A stretch of 64,000 nucleotides of DNA from positions 411,524 through 475,523 of the forward strand of contig WGNX01000005.1 of assembly GCA_016124335.1 (NCBI GenBank), given 5' to 3'. The position numbers and the translations under genes are program-made. A model generated the notes under the pieces. The model saw nothing but the letters and a program-made list of their open reading frames with translations, was not told the DNA's origin and ran no database searches. Origin of the DNA: Alphaproteobacteria bacterium (GTDB taxonomy: Bacteria > Pseudomonadota > Alphaproteobacteria > CACIAM-22H2). This document shows positions 18,096 to 26,783 of this stretch, piece by piece (position 1 is the stretch's first letter; each line of letters starts with the position of its first letter).

Positions 18096-19214
18096 GCCTG
18101 ATGAGCGCATTAGTCGCATTTCATGGGAATGCCTGACAAGCGACATGAAGCGATACAGCCCGTGGACGAACTTCCCATACGGCATCGTTACGAACAGGGC
18201 GAAGACGGTGCCCAAATGAAAGGCAAGCAGCAGGCCCATCGCAGGGCTTGCGCGCAGGACGAGCAAGGCAAGGCCGCTCGCCGCGACAAGAACGAGCATC
18301 GCAAGAAAGCCCGTGTCCATGCCTGTCCGGCGGGTGCTTGCGATGACCGGGCTGCGCGATAGACGCATGCGCAGCAATCCGATCGGCCCGACGATGAGGC
18401 CGATCCCGCCAAGGGTGCCCAGAACGACAGGGATATCCCACCACGGGTAGGGTGCTTCGCGGCCGAGAACGAAATGATACAGGGTCGCCACGGCCGTTGC
18501 TGCAGCGCACAGAAGGAAGCCGTAGAAGGTTGCGTGGTGTGCGATCCGTCGCCGGTCGGGTGTTCCCGACGTATCGCTCGTGCAGCCGGCACCGCCGCCG
18601 TCGAGATAGCGCAGGCGGGCGGCATCCATCGCTGCCTGCCAGATCGACGTCCAGTCGGCAGCACCCGCCGAAGCCGCGCCGGTCGCGCGCCAGAAGCCAC
18701 GCAGCGACATTGCCATCGCGACAAGCGCATAGGCGCCGGCCAGCCCGAAAAGCCCGGCCATCGTATTGTGCGGCATCACGCGGTAGAATGCGCCCGGCTC
18801 CGATCCGGCGGCCCAAAGCGCTTGCGGGTCGCCCGCGGCGACGAAGCCCGCAATGAATGCGGCAACGCTCGACGCGACGGCAAGCGCAACGAGCAGGCCA
18901 TTGCGCGCGAAGAGCGGCGCGAAGGCCTTCGGCCAGACGTGGCGTGCGTAACTCTCCTCGCGCACGTCCGCCAGCACGCGCGGCACGTTGACGTCGAATT
19001 CGTGCGGCGGCGCGTACTGGCAATCCGCATGGCAAGCGCCGCAGGCGTGACAGAGATTGGCAAGATAATCGAGATCGCCGTCGTTGAAGGCCCGGCGTGC
19101 TTCCATCGCCGGGAACACCGCGCAGAGCCCCTCGCAGTACCGGCACGAATTGCAAACCGTCATCAGGCGGCTGGCTTCCGCAAGCGCGGGCGTGGCATGC
19201 TCGATGGCGTTCAT
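18078..19214 (-). CDS. tcuB: Tricarballylate utilization protein TcuB, a membrane Fe-S protein.
   Basis: I trimmed the gene to MNAIEHATP... (ATG at 19214), which forms an ATGA overlap with the tcuA stop. Cys clusters CNSCRYCEGLC and CHACGACHADC are followed by several transmembrane helices, as in TcuB. Confidence 0.85.
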   Translation of the reverse strand: MNAIEHATPALAEASRLMTVCNSCRYCEGLCAVFPAMEARRAFNDGDLDYLANLCHACGACHADCQYAPPHEFDVNVPRVLADVREESYARHVWPKAFAPLFARNGLLVALAVASSVAAFIAGFVAAGDPQALWAAGSEPGAFYRVMPHNTMAGLFGLAGAYALVAMAMSLRGFWRATGAASAGAADWTSIWQAAMDAARLRYLDGGGAGCTSDTSGTPDRRRIAHHATFYGFLLCAAATAVATLYHFVLGREAPYPWWDIPVVLGTLGGIGLIVGPIGLLRMRLSRSPVIASTRRTGMDTGFLAMLVLVAASGLALLVLRASPAMGLLLAFHLGTVFALFVTMPYGKFVHGLYRFMSLVRHSHEMRLMRSSGAPAGK

Positions 19215-20632
19215 GCGACCCGGGCCCCGCCGGCTGAACCGAGTGCGACGGCCGCGGCACCTTCGCCGGCAAGCCGGCCGAAGACGCTGCCGATGGTCAT
19301 GCCGATGCCGGCCGCATAGCCGTGGCCCAGCACGTTCCCCGCCATGATCTCGCCGGCCGCGAACATGTTCGCGCAGCCCTCGCCGCTTGTGAGCTGGATA
19401 CGCGCGTGCGCATCCACGCGTACACCGAGATATGTGAACGTGATTCCCGGCCGGACCGGATAGGCATAGAAGGGCGCTTCGGATATCGCGCGGGCCCAGT
19501 GCGACTTCGGCGGCGCGATGCCGTCCGTGCGGCAATCATCGAGGATATCCGGGTTGAACTTGCCGGGGCGCACCGCGGCATTGAAATCCTCGACGGTCTT
19601 GCGCAGCGTTGCGCCGTCAAGCTCGAGCTTGCCCGCAAGCTCTTCTATCGTCGCACCCTGGATCGGCGGATACAGCGAAGGCATGAAGAGCCGAAGCGAA
19701 CGGGCGTCAAAGATGATGTAGGCGATCTGTCCGGGCTGGCGGGCGACGAGCCGGCCCCAGATCGCATAGCGCTTGGGCCAGACATCCTCGCCTTCATCGT
19801 AGAAGCGCCTGGCCTCGCGGTTGACGACGATGCCGAAGACGACGCAGTCGAGGCGTGTGATGATGCCGCCATCGAATTTGGGCGCGCGCGCGTCGATTGC
19901 GACGGCGTGGCACTGCGTGGGATCGCCGACCGGCGCCATGCCGGCGTCGAGCAGCATGCGCAGCACGCGCCCCTTGTTGTGGGGCGTTCCCCGGATCAGG
20001 AAGTTGTCGGCCGGCGGCCCCCAGCCTTCGCGCAGCCAGTCGATATTCGCCTCGAAGCCGCCGGCTGCGGCAACAAAGGCGTGACCGCGCACGCGGGTTT
20101 CGCTGCCTTTGGTGCGCACCGTCACGCTTTCAAACATGCCGTCGGCGGAATGAATCGCGACGACCTCGCTGTCGTATCGCGCGACGACGCCGAGGGCTTC
20201 GGCCGTGCGGTAGAGCGAATTGAGCATCGCCCGCCCGCCGCCGAGGAAGAACGAATTCGTTCGCCCGAGGCTGAGTGTTCCGCCAAGCGACGGCTGGAAG
20301 CGCACGCCTTGTGCCTGGATCCACTCGAGCATGTCCTTGGACCGGGCGACCATCATGCGCGCGAGCGCCCGATCGGTCTTGCCTTCGGTCACTTTCAGGA
20401 TGTCGTCGAAGAATTCGTCTTCGGTATAGGGCCCGGTAAGCGTCGTGGTCGCGGTATCGTGCGCGCAGCGCATGTTGCGGGTGTGGCGCGTATTGCCCCC
20501 GCGATAGAACTGCGGTGCGCCTTCAAGAACGATGACGGACGCGCCGGCACGACGGGCTGCGATTGCCGCACAAAGCGCCGCGTTCCCGCCACCGGCTATG
20601 ACCACATCGAACTGTTCGGCGGCATCCGCCAT
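19211..20632 (-). CDS. tcuA: FAD-dependent tricarballylate dehydrogenase TcuA.
   Basis: The 473-aa ORF resembles Salmonella TcuA as I recall it over its full length (FDVVIAGGGNAALCAAIAARRAGASV, GGNTRHTRNMRCAHD, FLIRGTPHNKG, ITFTYLGV). Confidence 0.85.
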   Translation of the reverse strand: MADAAEQFDVVIAGGGNAALCAAIAARRAGASVIVLEGAPQFYRGGNTRHTRNMRCAHDTATTTLTGPYTEDEFFDDILKVTEGKTDRALARMMVARSKDMLEWIQAQGVRFQPSLGGTLSLGRTNSFFLGGGRAMLNSLYRTAEALGVVARYDSEVVAIHSADGMFESVTVRTKGSETRVRGHAFVAAAGGFEANIDWLREGWGPPADNFLIRGTPHNKGRVLRMLLDAGMAPVGDPTQCHAVAIDARAPKFDGGIITRLDCVVFGIVVNREARRFYDEGEDVWPKRYAIWGRLVARQPGQIAYIIFDARSLRLFMPSLYPPIQGATIEELAGKLELDGATLRKTVEDFNAAVRPGKFNPDILDDCRTDGIAPPKSHWARAISEAPFYAYPVRPGITFTYLGVRVDAHARIQLTSGEGCANMFAAGEIMAGNVLGHGYAAGIGMTIGSVFGRLAGEGAAAVALGSAGGARVA

Positions 20633-20667
20633 GCAGGCATCATCCCCGAGGTCGATGGGCGGGCGGG

Positions 20668-20741
20668 TGGAGCGGGTGAAGGGAATCGAACCCTCGTATG
20701 CAGCTTGGGAAGCTGCCGTTCTACCATTGAACTACACCCGC
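20668..20741 (-). tRNA. tRNA-Gly, anticodon CCC, with the CCA end encoded.
   Basis: The reverse complement GCGGGTGTAGTTCAATGGTAGAACGGCAGCTTCCCAAGCTGCATACGAGGGTTCGATTCCCTTCACCCGCTCCA folds as a cloverleaf. The acceptor stem is GCGGGTG/CACCCGC, the D stem GTTC/GAAC, the anticodon stem GCAGC/GCTGC with loop TTCCCAA, and the T arm GAGGG-TTCGATT-CCCTT. Confidence 0.9.
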
Positions 20742-20761
20742 ATGCCGAGCGGCAGGGGGCG

Positions 20762-20790
20762 ACTATATTTGGTGGCCCGCCGCCGGGCAA
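20762..20790 (-). promoter_or_regulatory. Candidate sigma-70 promoter for tRNA-Gly.
   Basis: On the minus strand the sequence reads TTGCCC-N17-TATAGT. The -10 element ends about 20 nt upstream of the mature tRNA 5' end. Confidence 0.4.
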
Positions 20791-20799
20791 GACACGCGC

Positions 20800-20828
20800 T
20801 TGACAGGTTTGCGCCGGCTCGAATAGGG
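20800..20828 (+). promoter_or_regulatory. Candidate promoter for the metZ leader.
   Basis: A perfect CTTGACA -35 element lies at 20799..20805, followed 16-17 nt later by a weak -10 (AATAGG/ATAGGG). This would place the transcription start just upstream of the riboswitch-like element. Confidence 0.3.
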
Positions 20829-20837
20829 TGCCCGTCA

Positions 20838-20894
20838 TTCGTGGTGATTTGGGCCGGCCGGCTTGCGGACCACGTAAAAGAAACCGCTAAAAGG
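20838..20894 (+). promoter_or_regulatory. Probable SAM-II riboswitch (metA/metZ leader class).
   Basis: TTCGTGGTGATTTGGGCCGGCCGGCTTGCGGACCACGTAAAAGAAACCGCTAAAAGG contains the elements I recall from SAM-II: a GYGAUUU 5' strand, GGCUUGC, and an AAAG...GCUAAAA 3' tail. The P1 helix is CGTGGT/ACCACG, and GCGG/CCGC gives pseudoknot pairing. Its location upstream of metZ fits the class. Confidence 0.55.
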
Positions 20895-20928
20895 TCGGAG
20901 CGTTTCGCGAGCGCAAGCCCGTCGAGAA

Positions 20929-20956
20929 GCCCCGAGCCAAAGGCCGGGGCTTTTGT
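20929..20956 (+). terminator. Intrinsic terminator-like hairpin (attenuator) between the riboswitch and the metZ start.
   Basis: GCCCCGAGCC-AAA-GGCCGGGGC forms a 9-bp stem with one bulged A, followed by TTTTGTGTT. It ends 16 nt before the metZ ATG. Confidence 0.5.
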
Positions 20957-20972
20957 GTTACGGGGAATCGCG

Positions 20973-22202
20973 ATGGCGAAGAAGAACGAATTTGCGACCG
21001 ATCCGGCATGGCGCGGGCGGACGGCACTTGTCCATGGCGGGACGGAGCGCTCGCAGTGGATGGAAACCGGCGAGGCGATGTTCCTCACGTCGGGCTTCAC
21101 GTACGGATCGGCCAGCGAGGCCGAACGCGCCTTCGCCACGCCGATCAAGCCCGAAGACCAGCGTTTCGTCTATTCGCGCTTCGGCAATCCGACCGTCGCG
21201 ATGTTCGAAGCCCGCCTTGCGGCGCTCGAAGGTGCCGAGGCGTGCAAGGGAACGACGAGCGGCATGTCGGCCGTGTTCGCCGCACTCGCCAGCCAGCTTC
21301 GCGTGGGCAGCCGGATCGTGTCTTCGCGCGCGCTCTTCGGCTCGTGCCACTACATCGTCACCGAGCTTCTGCCGCGCTGGGGCGTGGAAAGCGTTCTGGT
21401 CGACGGGGCCGATCTCGCGCAATGGAAGAAGGCGCTGTCGGTGAAGACCGACGTCGTATTCCTCGAATCGCCGTCGAATCCGATGCTCGACCTGGTGGAC
21501 ATCCGCGCGGTCGCGAAACTCGCGAAAAAAGCGGGCGCCAAGGTCGTCGTCGACAACGTCTTCGCCACGCCGATGCTGCAATCGCCTTTGAAGCTTGGCG
21601 CCGACATCGTCGTCTATTCGGCGACCAAGCATATCGACGGGCAGGGGCGGGTGCTGGGTGGTGCCGTTCTCGGTTCACGGGCCTGGATCGATGGCACGCT
21701 CGTGCCGTTCATCCGCCATACCGGGCCGACGCTGTCGGCGTTCAATGCATGGGTGCTGCTGAAGGGTCTCGAGACGCTGCCGCTGCGCGTTGCGGCGCAT
21801 TCGAAGAACGCGCTTGCCGTCGCGAAGTTTCTCGAGAAGGCCAAGCCGGTCGCGCGCGTGCTCTATCCGGGGCTTCCTTCGCATCCCCAATATGCGCTTG
21901 CCCGCCGCCAGATGAAGGATGGCGGCCCGCTCGTCGCGTTCGACCTTGCGGGCGGCAAGAAAGCGGCCTTCGCATTCGTCGACGCACTGAAGCTCATCCG
22001 CATCTCGAACAATCTTGGCGATGCCAAGAGCCTGATCTGCCATCCGGCGACGACCACCCATCAACGCCTTCCGGCCGACGAGAAGACCCGGCTCGGCATC
22101 AGCCCCGGATCGCTGCGGCTGTCGGTCGGAATCGAAGATCCCGCCGATCTTTTCGAAGATCTGGCGCGCGGTCTCGCGGCCGCTGCCAAGGCCCGGCGCT
22201 GA
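20973..22202 (+). CDS. metZ: O-succinylhomoserine sulfhydrylase.
   Basis: I trimmed the 556-aa track ORF to MAKKNEFATDPAWRGRTALVHGG.... It belongs to the Cys/Met-metabolism PLP family and has the PLP-lysine context VVYSATKHIDGQG. The upstream part of the track ORF covers the tRNA and the leader. Confidence 0.9.
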   Translation: MAKKNEFATDPAWRGRTALVHGGTERSQWMETGEAMFLTSGFTYGSASEAERAFATPIKPEDQRFVYSRFGNPTVAMFEARLAALEGAEACKGTTSGMSAVFAALASQLRVGSRIVSSRALFGSCHYIVTELLPRWGVESVLVDGADLAQWKKALSVKTDVVFLESPSNPMLDLVDIRAVAKLAKKAGAKVVVDNVFATPMLQSPLKLGADIVVYSATKHIDGQGRVLGGAVLGSRAWIDGTLVPFIRHTGPTLSAFNAWVLLKGLETLPLRVAAHSKNALAVAKFLEKAKPVARVLYPGLPSHPQYALARRQMKDGGPLVAFDLAGGKKAAFAFVDALKLIRISNNLGDAKSLICHPATTTHQRLPADEKTRLGISPGSLRLSVGIEDPADLFEDLARGLAAAAKARR

Positions 22203-22204
22203 AG

Positions 22205-22816
22205 ATGCGCTCGGCCCCGATGCTCACGGCACTGGGCGTGCTTTGGGCAGCGGGGCTGATCGCGAGCGGTGCCGCCCCCTTCGATCGGCTGACCTGGTTT
22301 GCAGAGGTCGCGCCGGTGCTGATCGCTTGGCCGATCCTTTTCGCCATGCGCCATCGCTTTCGTTTCACCGATCTTGCATATGCGCTGATCGCGCTGCATG
22401 GCCTGATCCTGATGGCGGGTGGTGCCTACACCTATGCGCGCGTGCCGTTCGGGTTCGCAATGCAGGAATTGTTTTCACTTGAACGAAACCCCTACGATCG
22501 TATCGGACACTTTGCGCAAGGCTTCGTCCCGGCGATTGTTGCGCGCGAGATCCTGATCCGCATTTTCCGGATCGAGCGACCGGTCTACCTCCTTTCGTTC
22601 CTTGTCGTTTGTATCTGTCTTGCAATCAGCGCCTCGTACGAGCTGATCGAATGGGTGGCCGCGGTCGCACTGGGTCAGGGCGCGGACGACTTCCTGGGAA
22701 CGCAAGGCGATCCGTGGGATACACAGGCAGATATGGCCTTTGCTTTTGTCGGGGCATTGGCCGCGATCTGGCTTCTGCCGTGCTGGCACGACCGGCAGAT
22801 TGCCCGTGCGCGGTAA
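22205..22816 (+). CDS. DUF2238 (YjdF-like) inner-membrane protein.
   Basis: The 203 aa from the ATG at 22205 begin 2 nt after the metZ stop. The protein is polytopic and carries the conserved stretch YDRIGHFAQGFVPAIVAREIL and EWVAA...GDPWDTQADM. Confidence 0.75.
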   Translation: MRSAPMLTALGVLWAAGLIASGAAPFDRLTWFAEVAPVLIAWPILFAMRHRFRFTDLAYALIALHGLILMAGGAYTYARVPFGFAMQELFSLERNPYDRIGHFAQGFVPAIVAREILIRIFRIERPVYLLSFLVVCICLAISASYELIEWVAAVALGQGADDFLGTQGDPWDTQADMAFAFVGALAAIWLLPCWHDRQIARAR

Positions 22817-22909
22817 ATTCGCCCGGTGAATCGGCGGAGCAGGGGTTGGCCCGGCCTAGTCCGCGCCCTATACTCTTCGGGGCCAGAAAACGGGACCACG
22901 AAAGCCCCG

Positions 22910-23302
22910 ATGTACACTGAGACGACACGCGAAATTAAGGTAACCGTCGAACCGGTCTACCTTGAAGACCAGTCCGCACCGGACGAAAACCGGTTCGTGT
23001 GGGCCTACCATGTCCGCATCGAAAATCTCGGGCATGCGACGGTGCAGTTGCGCGCGCGCCATTGGCGCATCACCGATGCCAATGGGCGGCTTCAGGAAGT
23101 TCGCGGTGCGGGCGTGGTCGGCGAGCAGCCGGTCTTGAAGCCGGGCGAAGCATTCGAGTACACGTCTGGCACGCCGCTGGGTACGCCGTCGGGAATCATG
23201 GTCGGCAGTTACCAGATGGAAACCGGCGAAGGGGAACGTTTCGACATCCGGGTTCCCGCCTTCTCGCTCGACTCGCCGGGTCAACCGGTCCGTCTCAACT
23301 GA
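22910..23302 (+). CDS. apaG: ApaG (DUF525) protein.
   Basis: I trimmed the gene to [41 protein letters not shown]...[10 protein letters not shown], the canonical ApaG sequence. Confidence 0.9.
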   Translation: MYTETTREIKVTVEPVYLEDQSAPDENRFVWAYHVRIENLGHATVQLRARHWRITDANGRLQEVRGAGVVGEQPVLKPGEAFEYTSGTPLGTPSGIMVGSYQMETGEGERFDIRVPAFSLDSPGQPVRLN

Positions 23303-23337
23303 CGGTCCCCCCAACTCAAACGAAAGCCCTTCGCGTC

Positions 23338-23958
23338 GTGAAAGCTCCTCTCAAACCGATTGTTGCCGTTTCCCCGCGCCCCGACCGGGCTGCCGCGGAA
23401 GATGCGATCCGAACGCTGATCCGCTGGGCCGGCGACGACCCGGACCGCGAGGGCCTGCTCGACACGCCCAGCCGCGTGGCGCGCGCCTACGAGGAATGGT
23501 TTGCGGGCTATCGCGAAGATCCGGTCGATATCCTCGCGCGCACGTTCGAGGAGACCGAGGGATACGACGAGATGGTCGTTCTCAAGGATGTCCGCTTCGA
23601 GAGCTTCTGCGAGCATCATCTGGCACCGATCCTGGGTGCGGTCGACGTCGCTTATTTGCCCAGCCGTCGCGTCGTCGGCATTTCGAAGATCGCGCGCGTG
23701 ATCGACGTGTTCGCAAAGCGCATGCAGATCCAGGAAAAGCTCACCGCGCAGATCGCCAACACGATCGAGCATGTCCTCCAGCCCAAGGGCGTGGCGGTCG
23801 TCGTGCGCGGCCAGCATCAGTGCATGAGCACGCGCGGCGTCCACAAGACAGGCGTGACGATGGTGACATCGCGCATGCTTGGCGCGTTCCGCGAAGATCA
23901 GGCGACCCGCCGCGAATTCCTCGCGATCATCGGCAATCCGCCGGTCAATCCGGGCTGA
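23338..23958 (+). CDS. folE: GTP cyclohydrolase I.
   Basis: FolE motifs are present ([40 protein letters not shown]). The start is uncertain; I chose the GTG at 23338 because no in-frame ATG lies between the apaG stop and the conserved core. Confidence 0.85.
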   Translation: MKAPLKPIVAVSPRPDRAAAEDAIRTLIRWAGDDPDREGLLDTPSRVARAYEEWFAGYREDPVDILARTFEETEGYDEMVVLKDVRFESFCEHHLAPILGAVDVAYLPSRRVVGISKIARVIDVFAKRMQIQEKLTAQIANTIEHVLQPKGVAVVVRGQHQCMSTRGVHKTGVTMVTSRMLGAFREDQATRREFLAIIGNPPVNPG

Positions 23959-23968
23959 CCGCCGCGCG

Positions 23969-25144
23969 ATGGCGGCCGCAGCGGAGTCCGTCGCGCTACT
24001 CGCACGGCTGGTCGCACACCAGACCGTCAGCGCGCAGTCCAATCTCGGCCTGATCGACGACGTGCGCGCCTACCTTGCCGGGCACGGCGTCGAAAGCCGT
24101 CTGGTTCCGAACGCGGACGGCACGAAGGCGAACCTTCTGGCCACGATCGGGCCGGCGGTCGCGGGCGGTGTCGTGCTGTCGGGGCACACCGATGTCGTGC
24201 CGGTCGAGGGCCAGCCCTGGACGAGCGATCCTTTCGTGCTCACGGAGCGGGACGGAAAGCTGTTCGGCCGCGGCTCGTCCGACATGAAGGGCTTCATCGC
24301 CTGCGCGCTCGCCGCCGTGCCGCGCTTCAAGGCAGCGCGGCTCGCGCGGCCGATCCATCTCTGCCTGTCGTACGACGAGGAAATCGGCTGCTTCGGTGCA
24401 CCGGACGCGATCCGGCTGTTCGGCATCGACCTCCCGCGCCCGGCCGTCTGCGTCGTCGGCGAACCCAGCACGATGCGCCCGGTGATCGCGCACAAGGGCG
24501 ATTGGGTCTTCGAAGTCGTCATCACCGGCCGCGAGGCGCATTCCAGCGCGCCGCATCTCGGCGCCAATGCGATCGTGCATATGGGCCGTTTCCTTGCTTT
24601 TCTCGACACGCTGCAGGTCGAGCTTCGCGCACAGGGCACGAAGGGAGCGCTGCCCGGCGTCGAATTCGACCCGCCCTGGACGACCGTGGGTATTGGCAAG
24701 ATCGCGGGCGGCACGGCCGCCAACATCGTGCCGCGCGAATGCCGGCTGACATGGGAATTCCGCGCCCTGCCGGGAATCGATGCGCTCGCAATCCAGGCCC
24801 GTGCCGAAGCGAAAATCGTCGAGCTCGATGCCGCGATCCGCGCCGAGGCGCCCGAGGCCGGTGTGCGCATGCGCACCTACGCGAATGTGCCGGCCTTCAG
24901 GCCCGAGGCAAAGGGCGCGGCCCAGCTTCTCGCCATGGAAATCACCGGCGCAAACGCGCCGTCCGCCGTCGCCTTTGCCAGCGAAGCCGGGCAGTTCCAG
25001 GATGCGGGCATATCGACGGTCATCTGCGGGCCCGGCGACATCGCCGTCGCGCACCGGCCCGACGAATACACCACTCGGGACCAGCTCGCGCTGTGCGACC
25101 GTTTTCTCGACCGGATCGCCGAGTGGGCCGTGCGTCCGTCCTGA
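23969..25144 (+). CDS. ArgE-type M20 metallopeptidase (acetylornithine deacetylase family).
   Basis: I trimmed the gene to MAAAAESVALLARLV.... Motifs LSGHTDVVPVEGQPWTSDPF and GRGSSDMKGF are present. Confidence 0.8.
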   Translation: MAAAAESVALLARLVAHQTVSAQSNLGLIDDVRAYLAGHGVESRLVPNADGTKANLLATIGPAVAGGVVLSGHTDVVPVEGQPWTSDPFVLTERDGKLFGRGSSDMKGFIACALAAVPRFKAARLARPIHLCLSYDEEIGCFGAPDAIRLFGIDLPRPAVCVVGEPSTMRPVIAHKGDWVFEVVITGREAHSSAPHLGANAIVHMGRFLAFLDTLQVELRAQGTKGALPGVEFDPPWTTVGIGKIAGGTAANIVPRECRLTWEFRALPGIDALAIQARAEAKIVELDAAIRAEAPEAGVRMRTYANVPAFRPEAKGAAQLLAMEITGANAPSAVAFASEAGQFQDAGISTVICGPGDIAVAHRPDEYTTRDQLALCDRFLDRIAEWAVRPS

Positions 25145-25753
25145 CTAGAGCTGCATGAAGCGCTGCATGTTGGCGCGGATCTGGCGGTCGAGTTCGGCGT
25201 TCACGTCCGTCATCATCTGCTGGACCATGTCGTACCAGACGCCTTCGCGGTCGTTAAGCGTGATGTCTTCGGCGACCGTACGCGAGCGTGTGGCGGCTGC
25301 GGTCGCAAACCCGTCGCGGAAATTCCCGCGGATCTGACGGACCTCGATGGCGGCTTCGATCCGTCCGTCGTAGCGCTGCGCCTGTTCGTTGGTAAATGTC
25401 GCGCGCACGCCGGTCGCGCGCGGCAGTTCGGTCTCCGTCACATGCGCGTCGATGATGACGAAGCGCACATAGCGCTCGCCGCGTCCCGTGACCGCCAGAC
25501 GGTCGGTGGCCCACTGCCGCAATGCGTCGGTCGGCCGCTGCTGGAACAGGTGCTCGACGTTCGGGGGCGCGAGCGGCGGCTTGTAGTCCTGCGCGATCTC
25601 GAAGCGCTCCGCCTCGAAGGTGAAACGGCCGAGGCTTGCATAGGTCAGCGGCGGGAACTGCGGCAGCTTGGGCGCATCGCCGCAGGCGGCAAGGGCAGCT
25701 GCCGGCATTGCGATGCCGGCGATCTTCAGGAAGTCACGGCGGGAGGAAATCAT
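25145..25753 (-). CDS. Putative lipoprotein of unknown function.
   Basis: I trimmed the gene to MISSRRDFLKIAGIAMPAAALAACGD..., which has a twin-Arg-like n-region and a lipobox (LAAC). I recognised no family for the 202 aa. Confidence 0.65.
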   Translation of the reverse strand: MISSRRDFLKIAGIAMPAAALAACGDAPKLPQFPPLTYASLGRFTFEAERFEIAQDYKPPLAPPNVEHLFQQRPTDALRQWATDRLAVTGRGERYVRFVIIDAHVTETELPRATGVRATFTNEQAQRYDGRIEAAIEVRQIRGNFRDGFATAAATRSRTVAEDITLNDREGVWYDMVQQMMTDVNAELDRQIRANMQRFMQL

Positions 25754-25826
25754 CGGATGTCTCCTGTCGGCACGGAACATGCCTTCATTCGAGTAGACGC
25801 AAATCTGGGTGGAATTGCGGCGGGCA

Positions 25827-26783
25827 TCAAGCGTCTCGGTAGACTTCGTCGAGATCGAAAAAGGCATGGGAGGTGTTGCAGAACTCGCAAGTGAGCCGCA
25901 CGGCCCCGTCGTCCTCGCGCATCGTCTCGATTTCCGCGCGCGGAAGCGAGCGCAGCACGCTTCGCATTCGCTCCGGGCTGCAGCGGCAGCGATGCACAAG
26001 CGGCAGCGGCCGGTAGATCTCGACGCCTTCGGCAAGGAACAATCGGTCGACGAGTTTCCAGGGCGGCAAGTCCGGGTCCACCAGTTCGTTCGCCTTTGCC
26101 GAGCCCATCAGAATCATCGCGCGCCGCCAGCCTTCTTCCTGCGCTTCGCGCTCGGACGGATCGCGGGTCACGGGAACAAGGCCTTCGGCGGAGCCTTGCG
26201 CGTCGTCTGGCGGCAGACGCTGGATCATGATGGCGCCCGCCCGCCAGAAGATGCGGCCGTCCGCGTCCGGCTTGCCGGCGACGGCGACATTGAGACCCGC
26301 CTCGAACTGCTCGGACTGTCGGAAATAGTGGTGCGCGCATTCGGCGAGCGTCGCGCCCGTCAGTTCGACGATGCCTTGATAGCGCTCCATGTCGGCCCCC
26401 TGATCGACCGTGAAGGCGAGATAGCCGGAGCCGAAAAGCCGGGGCACCGAAACGGGTCCGTTGCCGAGAGCGGCCACGCGCGCTTCGTCGTACTGGGCGT
26501 AGCCGCGCATGTGGCCGCCCGAGGTGATGTCGACCACGAGCATGCGCAGCGGTCCGTCGCCTTTTGTCTGGATCGAGAACACGCCTTCGTACTTTAGCGT
26601 CGCGGCGAGGGCCGCACCCATCGCCAGCGCTTCGGCAAGTGCGGCCGCGACCAGGCGCGGATAGGCGTGCCGGTGCAAGATCGCGTCAAGCGCCGGCCCC
26701 AGCCGGACAAGGCGGCCGCGCAGCGCGAATGGATCGATCCGGAAGGGCAGGACGACGTCGTCGTCCTGGACGGGAGGTGTCAA
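25827..26783 (-). CDS. hslO: Redox-regulated chaperone Hsp33.
   Basis: The body is Hsp33-like and carries the C-terminal zinc centre CRCS...CEFC ([22 protein letters not shown]). I placed the start at the TTG at 26783, which overlaps the argF stop (TTGA). The start is uncertain; the track ORF extends to 26843, inside argF. Confidence 0.8.
   Translation of the reverse strand: MTPPVQDDDVVLPFRIDPFALRGRLVRLGPALDAILHRHAYPRLVAAALAEALAMGAALAATLKYEGVFSIQTKGDGPLRMLVVDITSGGHMRGYAQYDEARVAALGNGPVSVPRLFGSGYLAFTVDQGADMERYQGIVELTGATLAECAHHYFRQSEQFEAGLNVAVAGKPDADGRIFWRAGAIMIQRLPPDDAQGSAEGLVPVTRDPSEREAQEEGWRRAMILMGSAKANELVDPDLPPWKLVDRLFLAEGVEIYRPLPLVHRCRCSPERMRSVLRSLPRAEIETMREDDGAVRLTCEFCNTSHAFFDLDEVYRDA

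Noticed and set aside
12399-20741. A genomic island integrated at the 3' end of tRNA-Gly.
   Set aside because: There is no integrase, transposase or phage gene. I saw no obvious composition shift and could not spot a direct repeat of the tRNA 3' end further down. The adjacent genes are ordinary catabolic genes. A systematic repeat search was not possible by eye.
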